DNA from: a virus
Lineage: Duplodnaviria > Caudoviricetes
DNA: 64,000 nucleotides
Direction: 5' to 3' (one strand)
IMG/VR virus record: IMGVR_UViG_2636415473_000002
Coordinates: 19,169-83,168 of that record
Shown here one piece after another: positions 40,713 to 52,085 of the stretch. The position numbers were made by a program, and so were the translations under genes. How positions within the stretch are numbered: the stretch's first letter is position 1; each line of letters begins with the position of its first letter. A model generated the notes under the pieces. The model saw nothing but the letters and a program-made list of their open reading frames with translations, was not told the DNA's origin and searched no databases.

Positions 40713-40943
40713 ATGGTTGAAAAATGGATTGGTGAAGAAGATAATACAAGTGGAACTTATGTGCCAACATCTTGTGAAGAGTTTTCAGAAAGACGAGGAG
40801 GATGTTTGAACGCAAAGAAACTCTATAGATTTAATAGTCGATTTGGGAAAGAATACAATATTACTGACGATGAAGTTGTTGCACGTATCAAAAAATTAAT
40901 AACTGAAGAAAAAAACAGCAGAACTGTACGAATACTTATATGA
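40713..40943 (+). CDS. Hypothetical protein
   Basis: AAAGGGG RBS after palindrome at 40676. Confidence 0.5.
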   Translation: MVEKWIGEEDNTSGTYVPTSCEEFSERRGGCLNAKKLYRFNSRFGKEYNITDDEVVARIKKLITEEKNSRTVRILI

Positions 40944-41120
40944 ATTAGTTATTAAGACATTTGGAATTATGGAATTTATGCATGGAGCTGAATTGAAAAT
41001 CGCAGAAGATCGTAGTAAAGGGTTCAAAAGTGGTAAAGAACATATGCAAGAAGAATTTAGAAAGTTACTAGGTCTTCATTCTATAAGATAAAATGTTAAA
41101 TTGAATGGAGGCAAACAATC

Positions 41121-41285
41121 ATGGCCTATCAAGAATACGTATACGAAGTGTTTAGAGATCATCACGATTGCATGGGAATGGATGAAGAAGAAATCAGTGA
41201 ACTTATTGAAGAAACCTCATTCGCACAAATTGAAAAATGGCTAACGAAAAGCGGATATGATTTAAATGAGTATTACTCAGATTAA
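41121..41285 (+). CDS. 54-aa acidic hypothetical protein
   Basis: GGAGG RBS; MAYQEYVYEVFRDHH... Confidence 0.6.
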   Translation: MAYQEYVYEVFRDHHDCMGMDEEEISELIEETSFAQIEKWLTKSGYDLNEYYSD

Positions 41286-41339
41286 AGATTAATTTATAAG
41301 AAAATCAGAATAACTAAAAATCGCAAAGGAGGAATACAC

Positions 41340-41694
41340 GTGTATCTATTCAAATTTGAAGTAGTGACAAACGAGGCCAAGTTTCATGAGTACATTCAGC
41401 ATGATAATGTTATGGCAGCATGGGAAGTAATTGGCGAGAAATATCCGGTATCTGAAATTACATTGAAACTATTTTGAGGAGGTAGGAGAGTATGATCAAT
41501 CTAAATAAACGTAACATCATCAACTTAAAGAAGGCACCCTTTGCAAATTTAATCAAAAAGCCAATCCAATAATAGGAGGTTTTATTATGTATCAAATGAC
41601 ACCAGAGCAAAATAAAGTGTTGGATGAGTTTTCAAAGCTGCCATACGAAGAGCTATTGGAAAAGTATGATGAGCTGCAGGAAAGGTTGCCTTAG
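41340..41694 (+). other. Three tiny RBS-led ORFs (about 45, 26 and 35 aa)
   Basis: Starts at 41340, 41492 and 41587, each preceded by AGGAG(G). Confidence 0.5.
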
Positions 41695-41762
41695 GAACTG
41701 CCCTTTTGAAAAATTTCACCTGTTTTTAGGTTCGTTTCGTGAAATCGATTTGAAAAGAAATC

Positions 41763-41936
41763 CTAATAAGTGGTTTTAACCAAGCGTTGATACTTATAAA
41801 TCAATTTGTCTAGTTCTTGACTATATTTAATAGTTTCAGGACTTGAGATACCATTGTCCATTCCCGATTTAATCATTTGATTTTTTAACATATTAATTTT
41901 TTTGCACAATACTGTGCGTTTTAATTGTTTTAACAT
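41763..41936 (-). CDS. Spo0E-family aspartyl-phosphate phosphatase
   Basis: Signature ETIKYSQELDKLI..YQ; AGGAG RBS before ATG 41936. Confidence 0.85.
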   Translation of the reverse strand: MLKQLKRTVLCKKINMLKNQMIKSGMDNGISSPETIKYSQELDKLIYKYQRLVKTTY

Positions 41937-42115
41937 AATCGTTTTACTCCTAAAATTTAAGTGTATTAGTAAATTATGCAATAAATTGAATAAAAATGGA
42001 ACAGTTTATTTTTCCGATTTACGAAGAAATGATAATATGTTTAAAATTGCAACAGTCAACATCTAACACAAACTAAACTAGTCTAATTTTTTCCAACTTG
42101 GGAAGGAGGAAGTTT

Positions 42116-42292
42116 ATGGCCGAGGCAAACGCAATTCAAGAAATCTCTTCAATAGCTCGTCATTTGCCACTAGAAGTTTTACAAGATATAAACCAACGTA
42201 TTGGGGATTGGTTGACATCAGGTGGAAATAAAAATGATCCATATATTAGACAGCAATTAAGATTTGCCCAACGTTTTGTGAAGGAAAGTTGA
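42116..42292 (+). CDS. Conserved small phage protein (DUF6877-like)
   Basis: LPLEVLQDINQRIGDWLTSGG..DPYI.QQLRFA. Confidence 0.7.
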   Translation: MAEANAIQEISSIARHLPLEVLQDINQRIGDWLTSGGNKNDPYIRQQLRFAQRFVKES

Positions 42293-42326
42293 CATAAAGA
42301 ATGCGGTAGAAAGGACGTGTAAAAGG

Positions 42327-42680
42327 ATGGAAGAAAACCGATTACAGATGGTCAAAAGTACGTGGGAAAAACGGGATTGGGATACTTTTCTTAATAGAAA
42401 AGATATCGATTGGCTTATTTCACAAGCTGAAAAGGCTGAACGACTGGAAGAAGCGATTAGAATTTACAAACTATCTGATGAATTTGTGAAGGAGCAATCT
42501 AAGAAGGTTAAATACTTATTCCCGTTAGAAAATACTGTTGGATACGGTCAATTATGCGATAAGGTTTTAGAATTAACTGAGGATAAATCGTTCTTTCTAA
42601 AGGCATATACCGAAAAAATATGGAAGAAAGTTGACAAAACCTGTGACATAAGAAAAACCACTAATGATTTAATGGTTTAA
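42327..42680 (+). CDS. Hypothetical phage protein
   Basis: DIDWLI.QAE motif typical of Bacillus phage early proteins. Confidence 0.6.
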   Translation: MEENRLQMVKSTWEKRDWDTFLNRKDIDWLISQAEKAERLEEAIRIYKLSDEFVKEQSKKVKYLFPLENTVGYGQLCDKVLELTEDKSFFLKAYTEKIWKKVDKTCDIRKTTNDLMV

Positions 42681-42719
42681 CTAAAAGTTTTATATTTTAA
42701 GTCAGAGAATTAAAGAATA

Positions 42720-42917
42720 TTAAGAACCTGTAGCCTTAAGTATTCCAAACACAATTAAGAGAAACCCTAATAAAATTGCTCCACCTTCAAGTGGAAAAGT
42801 ACTTGCTGTTTTATTATTAAATGCTTTTGCTTCATTAAAAAAATAAATAATAGCAAAAACAACAATCACTATGCCTAATAAGGATACTAATAGCCAAATC
42901 ATAAGAGTATTCTCCAT
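42720..42917 (-). CDS. Small two-TM membrane protein
   Basis: Two hydrophobic helices. Confidence 0.55.
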   Translation of the reverse strand: MENTLMIWLLVSLLGIVIVVFAIIYFFNEAKAFNNKTASTFPLEGGAILLGFLLIVFGILKATGS

Positions 42918-43078
42918 GAATTTTATTTTTTATTATGACAGCTTTTAAAGGAAATAGGAAGAAGAAATTGATGTATAAATAGTATGACTAAACTGTTTGA
43001 CATTAAAAGCGTGGTTTTATTAGATTGATAACGATGAAAAATGGAGCATTTAAGAGTAAACGTAAGCATGGGGGAGGA

Positions 43079-43423
43079 ATGAAGTTGGGATACGAAATTG
43101 ACAGGTTAATTGCTGAAAAGGTTATGGGATGGACTTCTGACGGATATCTATATCACGATATGATAACGGGCGATATGTGTTCGATAAATGAATTTAGGCC
43201 TTCAGAAGATTTAGAGGATGCTTGGTTAATAGTTGAGAAAATAAGCTACGGAAACACGGAATTGATTTTTGATCTAGAACTTAGATATAAAGGGTTTTGG
43301 GCATATTTTACTGACGGGAAAAGTGATGATTACAGCTCTGAGCAAGAAAAAACAGCACCGTTGGCAATTTGTGTGGCAGCATTAAAAGCAACCGGTGTAA
43401 ATATTGAAGAGGAGGTTATTTGA
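43079..43423 (+). CDS. Phage ABA-sandwich domain protein
   Basis: EIDRLIAEKVMGW, PSEDLEDAWLIVEK, TAPLAICVAALKA. Confidence 0.8.
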   Translation: MKLGYEIDRLIAEKVMGWTSDGYLYHDMITGDMCSINEFRPSEDLEDAWLIVEKISYGNTELIFDLELRYKGFWAYFTDGKSDDYSSEQEKTAPLAICVAALKATGVNIEEEVI

Positions 43424-43470
43424 ATGGATAAAAAAGTGAAAGTAGACATAGAAAAGATGGAGGATATAAA

Positions 43471-43674
43471 ATGAACATCAACATTAATGAATTCGTCAAA
43501 TTAAATGAGTTTCCACAAGAAGGATTTAGAGAAGTTAAATGGAATGTTAATGAAAATTATGATCATCATACGTTAACACTTAAGGATGGATACGGCAATA
43601 CTCTAACATTATTCAATGATGAATTAGATAAACTTTATGATTACTTAGGTTCGGTGTTGTTTTATAAAGGGTAA
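43471..43674 (+). CDS. Hypothetical protein
   Basis: GGAGG RBS. Confidence 0.6.
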   Translation: MNININEFVKLNEFPQEGFREVKWNVNENYDHHTLTLKDGYGNTLTLFNDELDKLYDYLGSVLFYKG

Positions 43675-44072
43675 CGTTATAGTTTAATATGGTGCACATT
43701 AAATTTAACCTTTTAATGGGGGCGCTAAACTAAATGTGAAAATCCTCTGCCATTGGACAGAGGGAGATAATTAATAGAAGTTATTCTGACCAACTATTAA
43801 TCTTACCTTCATTTAAGTTTTGATTTTGCTTCCAATCAATATAGTTGTTGGTGTCATTATTGTTCCAAATCTGATTATCTTCAACTTTTGGATTTGGAAC
43901 GCTCCATAAAAAATATAGGATTCCAATGCCGATTGCACCAATGAATAACACGGCTTTCAATTTTTCTTTAGAATGATTTCTCTTATAATTTCTAGCTGAT
44001 GATGATCTCTTATCTTCTGCTTCCCATCTTTTAACTGGTGAATTTTTAATAAACTAGGAGGGGATAGATATA

Positions 44073-44867
44073 GTGGCTAAAAAGATAAAGAAAACAGAAG
44101 AAGAATTAAAAGCCGAAAGATTGGAATATGAATTAAACGAGGTAAAAGAAAAACTCTACTTGATACCTGAGCCTATATATACATTTGAAATTGGCCAACA
44201 AGTTGGTATCGGAAATTTGAAAGATGTGATTGTAAAAAATTCACTTGAAGGCGGAAAAATATATTTGATCGATTACACTTCCGTTGACCACAATAGAGGA
44301 AATCCAATAAGACACGAACATCGACTGAGGTATGTTACTCGGTTAGACATTAGGAAGTTGCCTGCGAAAACGGAATCATTCATACGAAATAAGAACATGA
44401 GACTCAATTACTCTAATCAGAATATAGCCTCTTTATTAAGTAAGGCTTACTATTTCGGTGTTAATTTTGATCTGGATTATCAACGAGAGTATGTTTGGGA
44501 ATTGGGAGGCAAGGTGAATTTAAATGATTCTGTTTTTAATAATATTGATATTGGTAAATTTGTTTTTGTTAGATATAACAGTGAGACGTGGAGTAAATTG
44601 AATTTGAGTTATGAGGTATTGGATGGTAAACAGAGAATGAGAGCCATTTTAGATTATTACGAGGACAGATTTGAATATGAAGGTAAAAAATTCAGCGATT
44701 TGACACTAAGGGATCAAGGTCACTTTGAAAACTACCCTATACCAATTGCTGAAATCGATGAGTTGCCAAGAAAGGGAATAATCAGATTCTTCATCGCTTT
44801 GAATACTAATGGTAAAGTGATGGATAGTAATCATTTAGACAATGTTAGAAAGATGATAGAAGAATAA
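44073..44867 (+). CDS. DUF262 (GmrS/ParB-like) domain protein
   Basis: DYQREYVW, IG.FVF, YEVLDGKQR, F..LN..G. Confidence 0.82.
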   Translation: MAKKIKKTEEELKAERLEYELNEVKEKLYLIPEPIYTFEIGQQVGIGNLKDVIVKNSLEGGKIYLIDYTSVDHNRGNPIRHEHRLRYVTRLDIRKLPAKTESFIRNKNMRLNYSNQNIASLLSKAYYFGVNFDLDYQREYVWELGGKVNLNDSVFNNIDIGKFVFVRYNSETWSKLNLSYEVLDGKQRMRAILDYYEDRFEYEGKKFSDLTLRDQGHFENYPIPIAEIDELPRKGIIRFFIALNTNGKVMDSNHLDNVRKMIEE

Positions 44868-45312
44868 TATCTAATAAAATGCAGATTTCATAAAGAAAAG
44901 ATTGTGAAATGAAGTTAGAAATTACAATGTTTATAGTTTTTTTTGACAGGTGTTTTCACAATCTTTATTTATAAAGATAAAATTACGAATTATACAATAT
45001 GGTGAAGTGGAGATGTTGCTATGAAAACCTATCTTAAATCATTCGTTGTGAATAATTCATTTTTAATTACATTAACTCTAATTATATGGGCTTATAGTAT
45101 GTATGAGTGCTTTAAATAGGAGGGGCGAGTGAACGGATAAAGATGATCAATGATCTTACAGATATGAGACTAAATTAATTGAGAAAAAGGTGAAAAGAAA
45201 AATCCAAAGGAGAAAATAGCTTGCTTGGATAGTAAGTTCATAATTTAGATTATTATTTCTGTATAATAGAAACTATATGGTGTAATTTTACTAAAAGGGG
45301 GTTGAACTATAA

Positions 45313-46413
45313 ATGGGTTTAGGATTTAGAAAGAGTTTTAAAATAGCACCTGGAGTAAGATTAAATGTTTCAAATCGAGGAGTAGGAATGAGCGCAGGCG
45401 TTAAAGGATTAAGATATAGTGTTAACTCTAGAGGTCAGCGTAGAACAACAGCAAGCATTCCAGGGACTGGAATATCATACACCACGACTTCTAGTTCAGG
45501 TAGAAAATATAAGTCTGCTGCACAGCAAAATAGACAACAGTTGCTTAGGCAACAGAAAGAAATAGCTAAACAAGAAGAGTTACAAAGAGCAAGGTATGAA
45601 GTTGAAATGTATGAGAATAAAATTGAACTTATCCATTCTATACATAAGGAATGTGACGATATTTTTGATTGGCAAGAAATCGCATCGTCTACTCATCCTA
45701 ATCAATTCAATCAACAAGGAAAACATGAAATAGAGGCTAGAGAGAAATTGAACACATTCAAGCCAAGTTTCATACAGAAGATATTAAAAACGAATGATAA
45801 AGCAGAGCAGAAATTGAGGATAGAGGTAGAAAAAGCAAAAGAACTTGACCAAAAAGAATACATGGAGCTCAAAAAAACAATTGAATTGGCCAATAGGATA
45901 TTGAATAAAGATGTGGATGCTTATTTTGAAGTTATCGAAGAATTGTCACCACTTGATGATCTATTAGAGTTTGGTAGTGGTTTTGAGTTTTTTATAGATG
46001 ACCCAATGGTACTGGAGGTAGAATTTGATGTTCAATCAAAAGAAGTTGTACCAAAACAAGTAAAGACTCTGACTAAGACAGGTAAATTATCTGTAAAAGA
46101 TATGCCGTTGACTAAGTACTATGGCATATTTCAAGATTATGTATGCAGCTGTTCAATTAGAATTGCTAGAGATATGTTTGCGATACTTCCGTTTGAAAGG
46201 GTAATAGTCCATGCAAAGGATGAGCATTTAGACACTTCAACAGGAAGAAATACAGAAGCGACGATTTTATCTGTGGAATTTGATGAGATCACACTTAATC
46301 AATTGAATTTTGAAGCTATTGATTGCTCTGATTCGATGGAAAATTTTAATCATAACATGAAGTTTTTAAAAACAAAAGGATTTCAACCTGTTAATAAAAT
46401 TGTTGCAAGATAA
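45313..46413 (+). CDS. DUF4236 domain protein
   Basis: GFRKSFKIAPGVRLNVS..G...S.G...T.SIPGTGISY. Confidence 0.85.
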   Translation: MGLGFRKSFKIAPGVRLNVSNRGVGMSAGVKGLRYSVNSRGQRRTTASIPGTGISYTTTSSSGRKYKSAAQQNRQQLLRQQKEIAKQEELQRARYEVEMYENKIELIHSIHKECDDIFDWQEIASSTHPNQFNQQGKHEIEAREKLNTFKPSFIQKILKTNDKAEQKLRIEVEKAKELDQKEYMELKKTIELANRILNKDVDAYFEVIEELSPLDDLLEFGSGFEFFIDDPMVLEVEFDVQSKEVVPKQVKTLTKTGKLSVKDMPLTKYYGIFQDYVCSCSIRIARDMFAILPFERVIVHAKDEHLDTSTGRNTEATILSVEFDEITLNQLNFEAIDCSDSMENFNHNMKFLKTKGFQPVNKIVAR

Positions 46414-46704
46414 TCTTTCTACTGGAAGATGATAGTCTGCTAGAAGTAAGATTTAACATAGTTGGAGTAAAAAAATAATTAAAAATAATGTAACATTTCA
46501 ATGTGAAATTAACGTTAGAAAGCCTAATTGCACAGGCTTTTTCTTTACTCTAAAATAATAAAGATAAAATTATAAAATAAACAAAAGGACATTGCGGTGG
46601 GTTGGATAGATGTGGTAAGATGAATTTAAGAAAACAGACAGTAATAAAAGAAGAGTTTTATCAAAAAAGCTCTGATAGAGGAAAGATCTAACAGAGCAAT
46701 GGTA

Positions 46705-46977
46705 TTACCTTTCACATGCAATACCGTCTTTATCTCGATCGAGTTTTTTGTTTGCATTGTACAATTCAGCGTTAACAGTTGGCTTGTACTTAGTTTTACC
46801 GCCTACGTTCTTTGCTGTTGATGATTTAGAAACTCCACCTTTATATACCTTATTTAACTCAGTGCAGTTTTTAAATGATTTGGGTGCAGCTTGAACATCA
46901 ATTTGACTACCAAAAGAAAGAGTTACTAGAATTATTCCAGAAAAAAGTAATATTGAAATCTTTTTCAAGTGTATCAC
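46705..46977 (-). CDS. Secreted excalibur calcium-binding domain protein
   Basis: Signal peptide; FKNCTEL...LDRDKDGIACE. Confidence 0.88.
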   Translation of the reverse strand: MIHLKKISILLFSGIILVTLSFGSQIDVQAAPKSFKNCTELNKVYKGGVSKSSTAKNVGGKTKYKPTVNAELYNANKKLDRDKDGIACER

Positions 46978-47110
46978 CTCCTTTATAATATATCCATATA
47001 TTATCTTTTATGTTATTGTTTAGTCAATATGTGCTAGATATAAAGTATTGATAATTTATATAAATATCCACGCGAATAAAAAATCTCTTTTATTGTAAGA
47101 GGAGAAAGAT

Positions 47111-47560
47111 ATGAAAAAAGAAGTTATTATGAAATTAATACCTAATATGAGTTATTTAAAACCAAAGCCTACTCAAAAAGATGCCATAAGACAGTTAATT
47201 TATGTTCCGGAAGAATATGTCGATTTGTTAATACAGAGAGACATGAAAACTACTTGGCCAAATGCAATGCTGATTATCAGTAGTATTGGGTTTCCCAAAA
47301 ATGAGAATTCGATTCCTTCACTTCTATTTTTAATGCAGGATATAAATTGGCCTGGTGCAATTGAAGCAGTTGAGATAGTAAAGAATATTGGAAAACGATC
47401 AGTATTACCATATTTAGAGGATGCATTAGAAATAGCTTACAAAAGCGAAGATTATATGTGGATAGGAGGATTAAAATATTTAGTAGACAGCCTCAATATA
47501 ATTGAAAGTGACTTCTGTAATTTACAAAACTATGAAACTCTGCAACTAGCTGATTTTTAA
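47111..47560 (+). CDS. DUF5071-like helical protein
   Basis: W.NA...I..IGFP.N...IP.LL..MQDINWPG. Confidence 0.65.
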   Translation: MKKEVIMKLIPNMSYLKPKPTQKDAIRQLIYVPEEYVDLLIQRDMKTTWPNAMLIISSIGFPKNENSIPSLLFLMQDINWPGAIEAVEIVKNIGKRSVLPYLEDALEIAYKSEDYMWIGGLKYLVDSLNIIESDFCNLQNYETLQLADF

Positions 47561-47609
47561 CTGCTAAATAAGTGATTTAAAACAAGACATCTATAAGGGA
47601 GAGATAATA

Positions 47610-48104
47610 ATGTATACAGTCCAACAATTACAAGCCTTGGAATATCTACTAAAACGAATATCAGCAAATAACAAATTCAATTTTTATCGAAGAGAATTAA
47701 AACTTGTAATAGAGTACAAAGGGACATTATATACAGGAGACTTTTTGCAAATGAGCAGCTCGTTTGCTTATCAGAATTACATAGACGATGAAGGGGAAGT
47801 CGATCAAGTCCGTTTTAGCCCAGATAGGGGATCAAAGATTTTAAATGATATATGGCAAATTTATCTGAGAGAAGTTAATAGATTATTTTACAATCCATTT
47901 AAACATATCAACGATATCCCTTTACTATTTAATACATTAGTAAAGATTCTTGAAACGGCCGAAATTGACGATGAAAGCAGTCCATTTTATCCTTATTTAT
48001 TAAATGCAAGATCAATCGATAATACTATTAATCTTCCTTTGATTAATTTAGATGGGGAAAAAATTAAGTTAGTATCAATAATTGATTGTACGGAGAACCA
48101 ATAA
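47610..48104 (+). CDS. Hypothetical protein
   Basis: 164-aa ORF with RBS and terminator. Confidence 0.65.
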   Translation: MYTVQQLQALEYLLKRISANNKFNFYRRELKLVIEYKGTLYTGDFLQMSSSFAYQNYIDDEGEVDQVRFSPDRGSKILNDIWQIYLREVNRLFYNPFKHINDIPLLFNTLVKILETAEIDDESSPFYPYLLNARSIDNTINLPLINLDGEKIKLVSIIDCTENQ

Positions 48105-48185
48105 GAGTATTAAGTTTCTAAGTGAAGAGAATATCCTTTTCACTTAGAATGATAAAACAGGTAATTTAAAGGGAGGTGGATTAAC

Positions 48186-48359
48186 ATGAACAAAGAAAAA
48201 CTACTTGATCACTGATGGGAAATGCATATTTATCATCAACGAGAAGCCGATAAATTTGAGAATGGTGAAGTTGAAGAGTCTAGAAAACACTACCAAACAG
48301 TAGCAGATGTATATTTTAAAATGTATCAAGAAGTTGGAGCTGGAGATTTTGACGAATGA
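48186..48359 (+). pseudogene. Small ORF with internal stop
   Basis: GGAGGT RBS; MNKEKLLDH*WEMHIY... Confidence 0.5.
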
Positions 48360-48557
48360 AAGGAGTGGGAACATGCTAAAAAACGAGCAGAGCTATTACA
48401 GTTTAAATGGGTCATTTGAAGCACTACATATATTATTAATAAAGATGTGAAATAGCTAGAAGAGATGTATTCATTTTTACTAAGCGATATAAAACACGTA
48501 GATGAACAGATGGCGAAATTAGAAAATAATTCTAAATTGCATTAAATCGAATAATTT

Positions 48558-49244
48558 ATGATGAAAGGGAATGGAATAATGAATAAAATGGTTAGTGAAA
48601 TTAATAATATCAAAAATCATCTTAAAGAAATTTCTTTAGAACTGATGCCAATATTTGAAGATGCTTTGAGTCTTGCTCCAAGTATCAGTGCTTTTATAAA
48701 TTACAGAAAATTTAACAGACTGGACAGAAGAATTACAAAGAAGTCTGAACAATTGAAAAGAATATCTATGTATGCTCCACACACAAAACTCTTAGATGAA
48801 TATATTAGTGAGAGAATATCACCAATAGTTTTAGCTGACATCATAGAAGAACACGAAGATGCTAAGATAGTATTAAGTTTAAATGGCTTTGAGAACGTTT
48901 TTATCGAAGAGAATAGTTATGAGGCCGCGGTAATAAGTTATTTTGACACCTTAAGATCACTTAGGTACGTTGATATAAAAAGGTTGTTCTATTTAGCAGG
49001 AAAAATTGATAATTATCCTCCTCCTATTGAAGATAGTGAAGAACACGCTATTATGAGAAATAGCGATATGAAATTAAAAAATATGGGTCTAATAGGAGAG
49101 GTTACAGGATTTAGTTTTGGGACTATTGATAAGGATAGAGATATTTTAAAAAATGATATTTATTTAAGTTTGCATGCTGAGAAGTTTATTAATTTCATTT
49201 CGTTAGAAAAAGCTAACAACGCACATCTTTTGTTACCTAAATAA
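48558..49244 (+). CDS. Hypothetical protein (possibly Abi-alpha-like)
   Basis: N-terminal helix, D.LRSL..DIK.L, L..MGLI, ..FI.FI C-terminal pattern. Confidence 0.5.
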   Translation: MMKGNGIMNKMVSEINNIKNHLKEISLELMPIFEDALSLAPSISAFINYRKFNRLDRRITKKSEQLKRISMYAPHTKLLDEYISERISPIVLADIIEEHEDAKIVLSLNGFENVFIEENSYEAAVISYFDTLRSLRYVDIKRLFYLAGKIDNYPPPIEDSEEHAIMRNSDMKLKNMGLIGEVTGFSFGTIDKDRDILKNDIYLSLHAEKFINFISLEKANNAHLLLPK

Positions 49245-49304
49245 AATGACAATTTTAAAGTGACACACAATACACAAAATGCGAAGTAAGAGAGGGAGAT
49301 ATCT

Positions 49305-49490
49305 GTGGAGAACAAAAAATATGAAGTTGATTGGCATGTTAGAGATATGGATTTTAACTACTTTGTGGGTACTGAGAATGTGTTAGTTTCTGACGAAAAC
49401 AACGCAATAGAAAGCGCAACACAAATTGTTTCAAGAAAATTAGGTTTGCAACGACATCTCATGATTATTAAGACAGTTAAAGTTGTTTAG
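49305..49490 (+). CDS. Hypothetical protein
   Basis: GAGGGAG RBS, GTG start. Confidence 0.55.
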   Translation: MENKKYEVDWHVRDMDFNYFVGTENVLVSDENNAIESATQIVSRKLGLQRHLMIIKTVKVV

Positions 49491-49728
49491 TGCACAATTC
49501 GAAAATTATGTGCAATAAAATAACTACTTTAAAGATAAATTTACTAAAATAGCATTTGGTAAATTGGTATTTGTGGTTATATTAAGTATACTTTAACATG
49601 ATTTTAATTTACTAATTATTATAAATAATCCAAATTAGTACTAGAGAATGCATACGGTGTTATGGTATCATATTGGTGTCGACATAAAAATGCAAAATAC
49701 AACAATTTAATTAAAGGAGCAATCTAAC

Positions 49729-49917
49729 ATGAAGAAATTCATAATCAAAGATAATAATTCGAGTCAAATCACAGGGAAGCAAGTATTCCTCAAAGCAGAT
49801 AATACACAAACTTTGAACTTTGACTATGCTCATGTATATCCTGAAGTAGAAGCATTCAATATAGTAGAACATGATGATAACATGGAATTGATTGAGGTCA
49901 ATGTAGTAGTTGTTTAA
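49729..49917 (+). CDS. 62-aa hypothetical protein, paralog 1
   Basis: TG.QVFLKA.NTQ shared with 50072. Confidence 0.7.
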   Translation: MKKFIIKDNNSSQITGKQVFLKADNTQTLNFDYAHVYPEVEAFNIVEHDDNMELIEVNVVVV

Positions 49918-50071
49918 GGAGTTAGATAAATACATAGCTTTTGAATCGCTAACCCAATCGGTGGGACACCAATGGATGAAGATATGAAGCAATCTAATTT
50001 ATATTTTGAATAAACTTCGTATCTTCATTCATTGACTATATAAAATTTATTATAAAGGGGAGCTAAATAAA

Positions 50072-50260
50072 ATGAAAAAATACGTAATTTTAGATACTGT
50101 TTCAACTAAATTAACTGGGCAACAAGTATTCCTTAAAGCAAATAACACACAAGTATCAAACTATGATCGCACGCACGTATTTCTTGAGGATGAGGCATTA
50201 GTTATAAAGAGCAATAATGATAAACTGGAATTATTCGAAGTAATTGTTTCATCAATTTAA
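50072..50260 (+). CDS. 62-aa hypothetical protein, paralog 2
   Basis: TG.QVFLKA.NTQ shared with 49729. Confidence 0.7.
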   Translation: MKKYVILDTVSTKLTGQQVFLKANNTQVSNYDRTHVFLEDEALVIKSNNDKLELFEVIVSSI

Positions 50261-50488
50261 AAGTAACTTTACACAATTCGTGATAAATGAACGTATGATG
50301 AATTAAGAGCTCTTGTTAACAAATAGGAGGGATCATATGTCACCTAAGGATAAGTTGATAGCAAAACTTCATCAAGTAAGTGAGTTGGCTATACGAGCAG
50401 AATTGTCGCTGCATGGACTGAAACCTAGTGAGTTTATCAGTAAGGAAATATTGATGAATATGCTTGTAACAGTATATTTTGGGGACGG

Positions 50489-50698
50489 GTGATTATTATG
50501 TTTGAAAAAGTATCTGAACGCCTTGGCGTAAATATTGATAAAGTAATTTTACATAAAGATGAAACTGAAAAATGTAAGTTAAAACGTGCTTTAAAGAAAG
50601 AAATTTTTAAAGAAAAAACTAGAATCGCTATGATCAAAAGGTCGAACCAAGAAAACTATGAAGCCTTAAAACGATTAGATGATCAATATGCAGTTTGA
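50489..50698 (+). CDS. Hypothetical protein
   Basis: ORF with weak RBS. Confidence 0.45.
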   Translation: MIIMFEKVSERLGVNIDKVILHKDETEKCKLKRALKKEIFKEKTRIAMIKRSNQENYEALKRLDDQYAV

Positions 50699-51718
50699 CT
50701 AATTGATTGCACTAAATAATAAGGAGAATGTTCAGAATGACTAATAAGATAAATTTATTAAATGAAGCTTTCGGTATACTTGCGAGATATAGCTTGGTAT
50801 CTAGTATGGATATTGAATTACGAATGAGAATTGAAAATCATTACAAAAGCTTGGAGGGAGAAGAAAATGTATCTTATCAAGTGGGTTGAGGATGGAGAGA
50901 ATAAGTCATTTGTGGCCGAGGGATATATAGAGCGCCTGGTGTGTGAAGAACGACTCGAAAATAAAGGTATTGAATTCAATAGTTGTTTATTATAAGTGTA
51001 TTTACAATTAAATCACGATTTTAATAGAATGTGGATAAAAACTGCAAAGGAGTGAAGAAAGATGTATATCAATAAAAATAAGGAATTAAAACCGGGTACT
51101 TACTACTTTAATCGATATGGCATGCGAATTAAATATGTTGTTAAATAATAGCATAGTTCAACTAAACTTGATAGTAGACACAAATTGTGAACCAAAAACA
51201 AGGAGTGATAACATGACAGAAAAAGAAAAATATTTTCTCGAAGATACAAGAGATATTCTAGTTAATTACGATGGATGTAAGTCGGAACAGCAATTAAAAG
51301 GCCTTATAGATGAAACACGAGAAAGATTAACAGTTTTTTAAACGGTAAAATTCAAGAATATGAAGATTCACTTTAATGAACACTACTATAAAAACAGAAA
51401 TTCATCAGATTAGATTTGTAGAGGAGAGTATACTTTACATAACCAATCTGACATGGGCGACAGCTAAATAGTCTTTTTCATTCCGCAATTACGACATTCA
51501 CGTAGGAATAAGCCATTCTTTCTCGAAGAATTAAAGTGAGCATAATCACAATTGTCGCAACGGGCATATTGTATGTCTGGCATTTCTTTATAGGTATAAG
51601 TTTTAGATAAGTCAATTTCTTTAGTTGCATCAGTCATTTAAATCACCTCATAGAAAAATTCACAACCTGACTAATATATCAAAACAGCAGATTAAAAGCA
51701 AAGACGGAAAAGCCCGCG

Positions 51719-51934
51719 TTAGCAGACTTCATCATCGTATTCAGCTTCCCATGAAACTTCTACATTATTAATCTCGCTCTTCTTGGAGTCAAAAATGATT
51801 TCCCTACCATTGGTAGTAGTGATAATAACCTTTGTGTCTTTGATAATATCATCATGTAGTGAAATACCTGCTTCTTCAATCGAACCACCATTAAACAAAA
51901 CTAAGTCAATTTTAACTTGAGCATAAACATCCAT
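51719..51934 (-). CDS. Acidic hypothetical protein
   Basis: AGGAGGGG RBS before ATG 51934. Confidence 0.6.
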   Translation of the reverse strand: MDVYAQVKIDLVLFNGGSIEEAGISLHDDIIKDTKVIITTTNGREIIFDSKKSEINNVEVSWEAEYDDEVC

Positions 51935-52085
51935 TGGAACCCCTCCTAGTGTTAGTATATAATGTAATTGTGAGTAAAGGCGCATCAATTAAGTTAATAA
52001 CACACAATTTAAAAGGTTTTGTAAAACATTAAAATTACATAAAGACACACAGTGAAACTGTGTATGGATTAGAGGTTGTCTTTTA

